From Phyllobates terribilis (taxonomy: Eukaryota): a DNA stretch of 57,504 bases. Both the position numbers and the translations under genes were made by a program. Each line of letters opens with the position of its first letter. Positions within the stretch are counted from its first letter, which is position 1. The stretch lies in NCBI RefSeq assembly GCF_046119375.1, contig NW_027367504.1:1-57504 (forward strand), in the 5' to 3' direction. Positions 37,250 to 49,613 of this stretch are shown here, in pieces. The notes under the pieces were generated by a model. The model searched no databases and had not been told where the DNA came from. It saw only the letters and a list, made by a program, of their open reading frames with translations.

Positions 37250-39840
37250 AGGATCCCTTAGTGAGTGTCTTCACATTCCCGGCCTCGTCTGTAGTGGTAG
37301 CCTCCCTAATGCATCAAAATTAACCATGTAGAAAATATTATTGTATATTACTTACATAGCTGGTAGTTTTGGGATTGCACCCAAGCCTTCAATCTCTCCC
37401 TCAATTGCAGCCTCTTCGATAGTTGAAGATGCATCCTTTTTTGGCTTATCATCTTCATGTCCAGTTGGGTAAATGTTCTTTAAGAAAATGCAAGAAGTTT
37501 AGTAATCTAGGGACATGTCTATTTATGTATTGTGTGATTTTAATAGAAATTGAAGTATTCAAACAATAGTTTCATGCTTAGGGTTGTCTTACGTTTAATG
37601 GTTGCACTAGCTTCACAACTCGTGTGATCATAAAACTCTCGTATTGACCGTGGTTGTAGTATGTGTGATATCTCAATTTAAAAACATGTGTGGTACCCAC
37701 AAGCTGCCGCATATCGGGTTGATATTTAGCCCCATCGTCATCCTCCTTCGCATGATAACATAAACTATTAAATAAATTTTTTCGAATTTTTGAGCAACAT
37801 CTCGGTGTAGATTATAATTTGTAAGGGTAAGCTCTTACTATTACTCTAGAAAAGTGAAGTAGTAAATCCATAAAATGTGGATCTAAATTTTTCAATTGTC
37901 CATACATGATGTCTAGGAACTTTTTACATAGAGTGTTGGTCAAAGTAACAAATAAAAACATATGAAACCATTCTCATGCTATATCATGTCATATTTCTAT
38001 GCAGGGTAAATTAAAAAGAACTTGTATAAAGAGAACTGCACTTGGATCTTTCAATAAATTTATTTTTTTAGGTTGAAAGTGAAAAACAACTAGGGCTCTA
38101 TGTACATCTGTTTTCTACTGCAAGAAAAGCTAAGCAAGATATTGATCTAGATTTTCATTTAATTATTTATTAGAAGATGAAAATGGTTAATTAATTTTTT
38201 TCAACTATCTAAAATTTCAATAATAATGGGGATAACACATTAACATTAAGCCCACCTGCAAGTCTTCTATCATGGCCGAGACGTCTTTCTTCAACAACCG
38301 CTATTTCGTCGAACAACTTGCCAATGATTGACGTGGTATCGTCCAAGACTACCAGCCGTAGACGGTAGCTGAATTGTAGGACAATGTATTAATTTAGGGC
38401 TACTTTGCACGAAATGCAAACATATGGTGATCAAAGTCTATGAAGTCTATCAGGAAGCCAAAAAACAAATAAAAGCAAAATACCTTATGTTCAGAAATTC
38501 ACAATGCTTCTCACAGACTCACACCGTAACTGTGTCGCAACTGGGGTGAGATCTTTCTTACAACCCATTTTTGAGCATGAGTTGTAATGCTAGGCACTCC
38601 GAGGGTGGACACCCATAATAGTGACACAACATCTTAGTGTGATAGATTCATGTACAGGTGGACAACAATGCATTATGTGTTAATATTGTACAACAAATCC
38701 ATAAATGAATCTATGGATTACCTTATTGTTCACGTCATGTCGTACACGTCCTAACTCTAGGAGTTGGAGGAGAGTTCCATGGTTTTCCTGAGTGGTACAA
38801 CTCCATGCCTAAAGGCACCAAGAAACGTCAATTGTACAGCTGCATAGAAAAGAAAGTACAATTGTAAAATAAGGATTATTGTAGAAGTTGGTTCAAGTTA
38901 TTAATCTCAGGTATGTCGAGACTATCATATATTTTGTTGTTGGATGTGTTGGAGAGGTGTATACTTCCTGCATAAAAGGCAGAGAACATTAGCTGCATCG
39001 ACAAAAGGAATAGACATCGTAATGTTTGTAAGACATGGTAACATTCTTAACAGTACCTTTGTATTCTCTGATTTTCATGGATGTAAGTAATATAAAAGTT
39101 AGCGCAGTTGGATAGTCAAGCCTACTTGTTAGCTCCTCTGCAATTGAACCCCAGATAGTTGTCTCAATGTTGTGTCCCCTGGAAATGGAGAAGTGCTAGA
39201 TATCAAACAATAGGATAATTGAAAACTACGGTGGAAGGCCAATGAGAAACCCAAAAACCTTCATTCATGAGGTGGAAATCTAAGTACTTAGACCCGTTGT
39301 GCATCAGCTTCAAGTCACCCAAATTTATCAAACGTCTAACCACGTCTACAATATGTGCGAGAGTTAGTTTTCTACAAATACTTCTACGATCTATTGATTC
39401 AATGAACGGTTGCCAATGCTATATTTAAATTTAAAATTTATAAGTGATGCATATGTGCTGAATCATTTCTTAGTGATTTCCACTATCACTCTTAGGCAAA
39501 TTATCAGATTGTTATTGTAATCCCAAATTAGAGAGTGGGGAAGAAGTGTTACGAATAAAATATCTCTTTCCATTGTAGGCAATCTCCTCTATCATCGTGA
39601 GATGGAATGGAAGTTGAACAAACCCAACACTTGAACAATCAAATGTTTCAATGAGTGTGTTGCCCTCAATTTGTATGATATATGGACTGTAGCTCCACAA
39701 CGGTACGTGTCTTTGTTTGGGGAAACGGTAAAGTGACGGATGTTGTAGATTCTTCCAACTTGTAACTTAGGCCCAACAAAATGGGTCAATGGACTGCGAG
39801 CCACCCAATGGATAGCGTTACCCTGTCTTAAAGAATGCAT
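37250..39840 (-). pseudogene. Multi-exon RPA1/RPA70-like OB-fold gene remnant of the type carried by plant Helitrons
   Basis: Successive minus-strand segments: QGNAIH..LQVGRIYNIRHFTVSPNKDTYR (39.6-39.8 kb); DVV..KYLDFHLMNE; IETTIWGSIAEEL..LLTSMKIREYK; IHLSNTSNNKIYDSLDIPEI; zinc ribbon HYNSCSKMGCKKD..C; YRLRLVVLDDTTSIIGKLFDEIA; LVGTTHVFKLRYHTYYN. GT-AG introns lie between them. Confidence 0.72.
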
Positions 39841-40364
39841 TGAAATTTATTAGTGAAACCAAAAGCGGATGCTGTACTCGACTACCAATAATTGGTTTTG
39901 CTCAACTTTTTTTTAAATATGCATAAGAGCAAGTGTATAGGTTTTGGAAATATAGAAATGTAACTAACATGTTGAATGATGTTCATCAACTACAACATAT
40001 TTATTTCCCCCCAAAAACATCCTTTGACATAAAATGTGGTCCATGTTGTAAATACAAGCAAAACATTATTATAGGATTTTGGGTATGCAATTAGGGAGTG
40101 CCATATCAACTATAAAAAACCTATTAACATAAGCAAAATGAGGATAAATTCCAAAACCGTACACTAGCTCATGTAAGAAAAACCAATCTTAACAATCAAT
40201 TTACGATAATTTGCACCTGGTGACCCAATTCCAATATTCGCACCCGGTGACCCAATTCCAAAACACGAGCCCTAAACATGTACTGGTATGAGCGTAGGCT
40301 AACTGGGTAGAACAAGTATTCAAAGATATTGAAAGAAAAAACCAGTTCAGGGTACCTTTTGTTC

Positions 40365-40620
40365 AAGCAATCAAAGATCCGGAGTAAACACCAACCTGAG
40401 GGCATACTTTGGCAGGAGGCGACATTCCAAGAGCCATCACATCACGCACCAATGGAGAGAAAGGGGAGGTATGCCCGATGTGGAAAGGGTAATAGTACAT
40501 GACCATCCAACCCTCATAGAAGGCGTCCGCTCATTCATCATCATCTAGCAAATGAACAACGACAAAAGGTTGATCAGTTCTCCCTTGGTAAGGACATTGT
40601 TGACATCATCTACCTCCCTT
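40365..40620 (-). pseudogene. Remnant of a Tat/Retand-type Ty3 accessory ORF
   Basis: Minus frame ADAFYEGWMVMYYYPFHIGHTSPFSPLVRDVMALGMSPPAKVCPQV resembles the RAD..EGW..Y.YPF.IG..PFSPLV.DV...SP..L.PQ pattern recalled for Tat-lineage extra ORFs; recognised from memory only. Confidence 0.45.
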
Positions 40621-42021
40621 AAGTGAAACACCAGGGCCATAATAGAAAACGAAGGGCCGGAGAATGGATAAAGCAAGAGTGAAGGAAGCAGTTACTTACC
40701 AAGGAGAGAAATAGAAAAGGGGATGCACGAATACTTCAGGTTGATGAGACTGGAAATAATAGACATCGCGCGATAGTCGAAGCATTTGACATGATGAAAT
40801 GCAGGTTGTACATGTGGAGCCATCACAGGTAAAAGCAAAGCGCCCTTTTTTGTGACATAACTGGCGATTGCATTGGGGCAATAGTTGAGCTCAAAATCCA
40901 AAAAAGCCTAAATACGCTTTGTTAGCGGCCTAGCAGGAATTAATTGTTGATATAAACTTTGAAAAGAAGACGGTCCGATTATTAAAGATAAGGAGCGTTT
41001 GGCGAGTAACGGTCGGGTGACCACCGGATTATTCGCACCCGGTGACCCAATTCCAATATTCACATTCTTCTCTTGTATAAAACCCGTAAACTAGCTCATG
41101 TAAAAAACATGAATTATTGCTTAAGAGAAAATCCAATCTTAACAATCAATTTACGATAATTCCTTGTTTTCTGCTTGTTTTTGTCATTCACAAACGAGTG
41201 AACGTGAGTTTGATTCCAGTTTGGTCGATGGTTCCCGCAAACTAGGCAATTTAGTCTCGACGAGCAGTTTTTGCCCAAAACATTGGCAAAGAAAGGTTTT
41301 TTGGACCACTCATGATTTTTTCTGAAGCGTACCTTTTTCTTGCACATTTCGAGGCGTCAACTTGAAGTGACTCTTGATGTCACTTTTTATAATGGCAATC
41401 TCTAGTCGTTTCCCTTTTCCTTTTCTTCTATTCCTTTTTGTCTTTTCAAAACTTTGCGGACACTTTAGTCCTTTTCTTTTTTCTTCCTCATTAGGTTTTC
41501 AAGAGAACGAGAAGGTTCTTTCTTCTCAAAATTTTCTTTCTCCGACCTTTATTCTTCTTTTCCCCTTTGCAGAGCCTAGACTCATTCATACCCTTGAAAA
41601 CTGAATCTTTCTCTCTTCTTGTACAGGTTGACTTCATCTGGTATTTCAGATTGCAAGCTCTCCTTGACATCTTTGGGGAGAGAAACTTGATAATGGGTCA
41701 TGAGAATGTAGCCACCTCCTCGGGTTGCCATGAAGTACTCAAAGATGTTCAAAGTTCTCATGCGGCTAGTATAACTTTCATTTCTAGTTACAAAGCCTCA
41801 ACTTCTGTTGAACTTCAAACTCTCTTAAATGTCATTTTAGACAAGAACCTGGAGTTAGATAACCTCGGGATGACTAGCTTATTGCCAAAATATATGGATT
41901 GTAGACTTAATGCTCTACTTATCGATCTTCCATGGATCAAGATGGAGGACATGTTTTGTATACCTCCAATCCGAGTGCAGATTTTAAGAAAGCAAGTGAT
42001 GAGGGTGGAATAGGAATAGCA

Positions 42022-43690
42022 TGGAAATTAAAGATGAGAATGCAATCGATAACTGTATTCACAATATTAGGCCTATACATATAGCAAAGGATGTGAGAGA
42101 TCAGAGATATCAACCCCAAAATACTCTCTAGCCATATTTGACTAAGAGATCAACTCCACAATATTCTCTAACCATAATTGACTAAATCAGAATTACATAC
42201 AAACAATATAAGGAAAGTATTTGTATTTCCTAATACGCCCCTGGAAGTTGAACGGATTGTACGAGAGTTGCAACTTGGACAATAAAGTGTTGAATCGCGG
42301 TCGATGCATCGGTTTAGTTAAGATGTCAGCCAATTGGTTGTCAGTTGATATGTGAGAAACGCGCAACAACCCCCGTTGTACTTTCTCTTTAACAAAATAA
42401 TAGGCCAACATGATTTGTTTCATGCGGGAATGGAACACAGGGTTTGCACTAAGACTAATCGCCCCGAAGTTGTCACAGTACAAGATCGGTTGGCCGGATG
42501 AAATGTGATGAAGTTCCTAGAACAGTGACTGAATCCGTATGATTTCATAAGATGCATCCTCTAAGGCTTTGTATTCTGCTTCAGTGGACGATCTTGCGAC
42601 TGACAGTTGCTTTCTCGAGCTCCAGGAAATAGGTGTCTTTCCTAAGTAAAAGAAGTACCCAGTTCTCAAATAGTAAGTGTCTTGGTCTCCACCAAGATCA
42701 ACATAAGAATATGCGTGGTATGCTAACGGTGTCGAGGGAGAAACGTGGATACCATGGCTTTCTATACCCGCCAAATAACATAGTACCCGCTTTAGGGTAG
42801 ACCAAAGTTCATCGGTGGGACACTGCATGAACTATCTAAGATTGTTTGTCGCATATGCAATGTCTGGCATGGTGAATTGTAGTTATTGCAAGCTGCCAAC
42901 AATGGTTCTATATTCAGTGGGCGAGAAAATCGGACTACCTTGGTTTACAAGTGAGGGAGACGAGATAGATATTGGTGTTGTTTCCGGTTTTGCGTCCACC
43001 ATGCCATCCTTGACAAGCAAATCTTGCACATACTTCCGCTGAGTTAAGAAGAGTCCATCTCGACATTGTAAAACCTCTATGGCCAAATAATAAGACAAGT
43101 CTCCTAGATATTTCAAGGAGAATTTAGCTGCCAATTTGTTTATTAGTGCGTGAACTGCAAGTTTGGAACTTCTTGTTATTATTATGTCATCGACATAAAC
43201 CACCACATAGATGGTAGTTGTAGTCGTGTGGAACACAAACAAAGAAGTGTCAGCCTTTGAATTAGTGAAGCCGAGAGACGAAAGAAAGTTTGGAAGCTTC
43301 ATATACCAAATGCGGGGCACCTACTTTAGTCCATACAAAGCTTTTTATAACCAACAACTATAATCGGGCCTTGTTTTGTCAATAAATCCCTACGGTTGAG
43401 CCATGTAGACTTCTTCCGTTAGCGATCCTTGTAAAAAGGTGTTATTGCTATCAAGTTGGCATAGCAGCCATACCTTTGAAGTAGCAAGGGTGAGGACACA
43501 CATACAGTTACCGGCTTGACAATGGGACTAAGTGTTTCATGATAATCCCAACCCGGGTTTTGATGGAAACCTTTGGCAACTAATCGAGTCTTGTATCGAT
43601 CAATGGAGCCATTAGACTTGTTCTTGATCTGAAAGACCCGCTTACATCCCACAACATTCTGATTGGACAATGGTGGTACTAACACCCACG
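42022..43690 (-). mobile_element. 3' half of an Ale-like Copia (RT, RNase H, PPT, 3' LTR), cut by a CACTA insertion (Copia-3)
   Basis: WVLVPP..VVGCKRVF..YKTRLVAKGF, VVVYVDDIIIT, SWSSRKQLSVARSSTEAEY, YCDNFGA..QLADILTK; purine tract AGGGGCG, then a candidate LTR TATTAGG...TTTCCA at 42235-42022. Confidence 0.88.
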
Positions 43691-46600
43691 CACTACTAGA
43701 AAAATGATAGATAGTGATATTTATGCTTGTCATTTTTGCCGACATAATTTAGATTTTCGTCGAAAACAACGATATTATGGGAAACGTCGGGATATAGTGT
43801 ATACCTAATAGTGGCAAACATGAATGTTAAATGAATCGACTTGTGTTTTTGTCGGTAAAGATATTATGACATATTTATTCGTCACATAAATATTTCCGAC
43901 GAATATACTTTTCGAATATATTGGCGACTACAATTATCACCTATATAGACATCTACATATGTATCAAGTATTACCGACAAATATATTTGTTGAATATATT
44001 GATGACTACATTTATCAGCTATAAAGACGTCTACACATGTAGCAAGCAGTTATCAACGAATATAGTTGTCAAATATATTGGCAACCATATTTATCACATA
44101 TATAAACATCTCATTTTGTGGCAAGAAATTACCGATATATTTAATTGTCAAATACACATCTTGATCAAATAGACGTCTATAATTATCGCCAATTTGTTCA
44201 CGATACTTAAAGTCGTTGGATGTTTGAACGATCATATTCATCGGTATTAAATTCTCTAACAGTTTTATTAATCATATAATATATAGACTATAACTATAAA
44301 ATAGAGATATAAAATGTAATAAAAGTAAACATAATGGTATAATAATAATAATATTTATAAATGAGAAACTAGAATGTACCTCCATATATCACAATTCACA
44401 CAAAACAAAGAGAAATATGTCCACAACCAAATTACATGTCCATAACCAAATTACAAACAGAACTTAAACACTCAAAGCGATGTAATATTCATTCCTAAGA
44501 TAGAAAAATGCTAAATTAAAATCAAAGCAAATGAAATACATCAACAACCTGCTAATCTTCTATTCATTTCCATAGAAATTGGGAAAGTAAGAACCTGTAG
44601 CACTAGAGGGGTTGACTCCATCCACATTCGGTGCACCAGTGTTCATAAGTTGTTGGAATGGCATAATGGTCTGCATAGTCGAGGGGTTGGGATGAGACCT
44701 ACTTGTATCCATCCTTCGCAACCCGCCTTGTGGGATTTGTGAGAGTAGTTGTTGCAGTATTTTTTGTTGTTGTTGGTATGCAGTCTTATAATAATAAGCT
44801 CCGTTCCTTGATGGAGAAGGAGGAGAAGGATAATAAGGTTGTGGCGATGTAGGAGAACAATGTTGTACTACCTCAGAATGAAGATTTCCAATTGGAGACG
44901 GGGTCGTCGGTGTAGGAAAACGATGCTGCACTCCCTCAAGAGGATGGGGAGAAGTAATAACAGGAGGATTCTCAATTGGATTTGGGGCTTGAAGAGCCAC
45001 TGGATTAAGCACATTATCCGTCTTGCGGTATAGCGAACCTTGCCTATAAGTTCTTTTACTTCCACCATCTCCTGTTGTTTCTAACCAAAGCTTATTAATT
45101 TCCTCTTGACATAATTTCTCTCCTGGATGGGACTCCACCCATTTTTCACACAGAGAATGAAAAGCATCCTACAAGAAAATGATAGATAGATTCAACCAAT
45201 TGCAACGTTTAAACCTTAAATGATAAAAGACCAATTAAAATAGTTAGCAGAAATTGTGGGCTTTTAGATGTGGTGATAGATCTACAATTTTCTCTCAAAC
45301 CTATCGTTTTCCTCAGAAGGCCTACAAATTAGAAACAAACTAATATCTGCATTTATATGAGATAATACTAATTACACGAATGTACACAAGACAATATGAA
45401 TATTCTAGCTCCAATTTATAATTAAAGAATAATTCTTAATCACTAATAAATTACTATCATATGACCAAACAAAAAATCAATAATTCATCAATAGTTTCAT
45501 ATTGGTTAAGCAATCAGAATTTGTGCTCAGTCATGGGGTCAAAATCATATAACGCAAACATGCAAGGTTTGCAAAGATAATGCATCCCACCCATCCATCA
45601 CTGGCTGTACAAAAATGAAGGATAAACACAAGCAGCATAAACGCAAGCAACATAAACGCAAGCAGTTTATCACAACTGTACTAGTATCTAATTTCTATTA
45701 GGAATCATAAATGCAAGCAACACTTCAGGAAGCTTATCACACCAATTCATAATTTTTAATTTCTATAAGAAGCATTGATAAACACAAGCTATATACTGCA
45801 TTAAATTAGTTGCATTCAAGTCCCACCAAATTATATAAACAACTAGAATAATGTTGCCCGTGCTTCGCACGGGCCTTATTATATGTTAATATTTTAGCTT
45901 ATGTGATGAGTTTAATTTATGTTTCACGTAGGTGTAATTCTAGTTTATTTCATACAATATTAAATAGGTCTAATATTAATACTATAAATATATTCATGTT
46001 GGTCTAATTCTAATTTATTGTATACAATTTTAAATAGGTCTAATTATAATATTATAATCATCTATTTATTGTATACACAAACATCTATTTATATTATATA
46101 ATATACTCTCATATCAGATGATTAAGTGATATATATATCTTGTATGATATAGCTGCAAATAATTAGACATTCCAAATATTCGAGACTCAAATATTTCGAT
46201 GATTGAATTATCTATTGTGCCTATTATTTTTGTTGGGCTTAGGTGGATGGAAATATTTCGATGATTGAATTATCTATTGTGCCTATTATTTTTGTTGGGC
46301 TTAGGTGGATGGCACAAATAAGAATCTATTGATTTTGATTTTGATTATTAGGTTTTTTAGATTGAGTATTAGATGTGGGCCTTTTACATAATTAGGATAT
46401 AATTAATGTGTATTAGGATCACATTTAGTTTTTTTGCATCCCTATGATTATAGTATATTAGATAGATAGGTTGTCTGTGCCCATATATGTATGTTGAACA
46501 TTATTTATATCTTATGTGTTTGATGTAAATTACTAATCTATGCAGAAAAATGTGGTGCGAACATTTCACCAACGTGGAAGATGCAAATTTAAACACAGAA

Positions 46601-46692
46601 GAAGACGGTTGAGGTAGACCAGCCGTTTCTATGTGAGAGTCACATTTGTAACGCTTGGATGGAAAGGGAAATTGAATGAGATATTGATGGAA

Positions 46693-47572
46693 CAATCAAT
46701 TGCAAGCCAATCAATGGTCAACGGAAGTTTCAAAGACAAATGTAAGCCTATGAAAAATATGGGTCAAGGTGGCATTGAATCAACATTCAATTCATTGATG
46801 AAACGGATTTTGTGAAACAAATGCAAGGCATTCTTGTGTGAATAAGAATAAGAATTAAGATTAAGAAATTCTTGTGTGAATAAACAATGCCAATTGAAGG
46901 AATTGAAGGAATTAAGTAGGGTATTAATTAGGGCAGTCAATTACAAGCCAATCAATGGCCAACGGAAGTTCGAAAGACAAATTTAAGCCTATGTAAAAGA
47001 GCGGTCAAGGTGGCATTGGATCAGCATAAAATCCATTGATAAAACGGATTTTGTTAAACAAATGCAAGGCATTCTTGTGTGAATAAGAATAAGAATTAAG
47101 ATTAAGAAATTCTTGTGTGAATAAACAATGCCAATTGAACGAATTGAAGGAATTGAGTAGGGTATTAGTTAGGGCAATCAATGGCCAATGGAAGTTTGAA
47201 AGACAAATGTAAGTCTATGAAAAGGAGGGGTCAAGGTGGCATTGAATCAACATTCAATCCATTGATGAAACGGATTTTGTGAAACAAATGCAAGGCATTC
47301 TTGTGTGAATAAGAATAAGAATTAAGATTAAGAAATTCTTGTGTGTATAAACAATGCCAATTGAAGGAATTGAAGGAATTAAGTAGGGTATTAATTAGGG
47401 CAATCAATTACAAGCCAATCAATGGACAACGGAAGTTTGAAAGACAAATGTAAGTCTATGAAAAAGAGGGGTCAAGGTGGCATTGAATCAACATTCAATC
47501 CATTGATGAAATGGATTTTGTGAAACAAATGCAAGGCATTCTTGTGTGAATAAGAATAAGAATTAAGATTAG
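46693..47572 (+). repeat. Tandem array A, about 241 bp unit, 3.7 copies
   Basis: Units start at 46693, 46934, 47175 (short deletion) and 47401; each contains the duplicated aattcttgtgtgaataa motif. Confidence 0.93.
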
Positions 47573-47670
47573 GATTAGAGTTTGTTGCTACATTTGGTGA
47601 ATTAGAATTTTGCAAACTAAAAATGCTTAAAAAACATCTCTTCATTTTACTGAAATGATCAAATTATGAA

Positions 47671-48699
47671 ACTACATCATCCATTTATGAATGAAATCCT
47701 TTATTAACTAAAATAATTTTACATTCTTACTCCTACAATCTGAATTCTAAACAATCAAAAAGGACAAAATCAACACATTTTATAAGTATTACTCCAATAA
47801 TCTGAATTCTTAACAATCAAAGACAAGACAACATATGAAATTAAATAAATGATATTACAGTAAATTGAAAGGGGAAAACTAGACAAAACCTGCTACTTGT
47901 TTTCCTTAACGAATCGGAGCTTCCAAGCTTAGATTTTCTTCAAACTATTAGTGAAATCAACGAACTCCACAAATCAAAACCACATAAATTGAAATATAAA
48001 ACTTAGGTAAAAAAACTACATCATCCATTTATGAATGAAAGCGTTATTAACTAAAATAATTTTACATTCTTACTCCTACAATCTGAATTCTAAACAATCA
48101 AAAAGGATAAAATCAACACATTTTATAAGTATTACTCCAACAATCTGAATTCTTAATAATCAAAGACAAGACAACATATGAAATTACATAAATGATATTA
48201 CAGTAAATTGAAAGGGGAAAACTGGACAAAACCTGCTACTTGTTTTCCTTAACGATTCGGAGCTTCCAAGCTTAGATTTTCTTCAAACTATTAGTGAAAT
48301 CAACGAACTCCGTAAATCAAAACCACATAAATTGAAATATAAAACTTAGGTCAAAAAACTATATCATCCATTTATGAATGAAAACGTTATTAACTAAAAT
48401 AATTTTACATTCTTACTCCCACAATCTGAGTTCTAAACAATCAAAAAGGGCAAAATCAACACATTTTATAAGTATTATTCCAACAACCTAAATTCTTAAC
48501 AATCAAAAACAAGACAACATATGAAATTACATAAATGATATTATAGTAAATTGAAAGGGGAAAACTGGACAAAACCTGCTACTTGCTTTCATTAACGAAT
48601 CAGAGCTTCCAAGCTTAGATTTTCTTCAAACTATTAGTGAAATCAACGAACTCCGCAAATCAAAACCACATAAATTGAAACATAAAACTTAGGTCAAAA
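47671..48699 (+). repeat. Tandem array B, 343-344 bp unit, 3 copies
   Basis: acta(c/t)atcatccatttatgaatgaaa starts at 47671, 48015 and 48358. Confidence 0.95.
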
Positions 48700-49613
48700 T
48701 GAAATTGGGTTATCACTTACCAAATAGTCTACCTTCGAGAGATCGAAGTGCGGGATGGCAATGGATGTGAACACCACTGACAGGGATTTATAGCAACGAT
48801 GATAGGCGTTTCAACCCTTCAAATGCTGCACAAACGAAGGAGAGGAAGATGGAAAGGCACAAATTAGGAAATTCAAGACTGCATTGATGCCGAAAAACTG
48901 TCGTTCAAACATTCATGTCTTTGACTCTAAAACTGCAAAGGAAAATCAATGCAAGCATTTGAAGTGGTGATTCAAGTGAATGGTGATCTAGGCCCAATTC
49001 GTATGGAAATTCGCCCGACCCAATAAACATGTACAATGTACAATAAGTAGAGCATTAATTTGGCCATACAATGCCAAAAAAGAAAGGCACAATAGCCCGT
49101 GCGTAGCACGGGCTATTGAAGACTTGTGTGCTTCGCACGGGCTTGTGTTTGGGTTGTTAGATCTTTGTATAAGTGAAAACATATATTGAGGCAACATTCT
49201 CCTTACAAATTAATAGAATAATTTGTTGCTTTAACATACAATGTGCATTGTCGATCAAGCACATATTTGGAATGAAGCTTTTTTTATTACGTAACTTGTG
49301 ACCATGTGTGATAGTCCATGGATTATTGTACATTACATTGTTTTTTATTATGTATGTAAGATTTCTTTGTTATTATTTGAGCCTATTTTTTAAAGTTTTA
49401 AATTCCATTTCATCCACTATATTAACTAACATCGTAAAATGACAACAAACTATATACACATATTAAGAATTGAAGGTAATAGAAAAGATGGAAGAAAACA
49501 TGCAGAAGAATAAAAAAATTTAGGACTAAATTGACATTAAGTTTGACTTTGCTTTGATATTGATCATTTTTCCCAATCATAAAACCACTCAATTTTTTTA
49601 TTCGTATTTATAC

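Noticed and set aside
40330-40420. First exon of the RPA1-like gene
   Set aside because: The best frame here fits the Tat-type accessory ORF instead, so the donor-like site is probably coincidental.
11810-43703. CACTA TIRs at 11810 and 43691 as two ends of one element
   Set aside because: Both read in the same direction, and their subterminal motifs differ.
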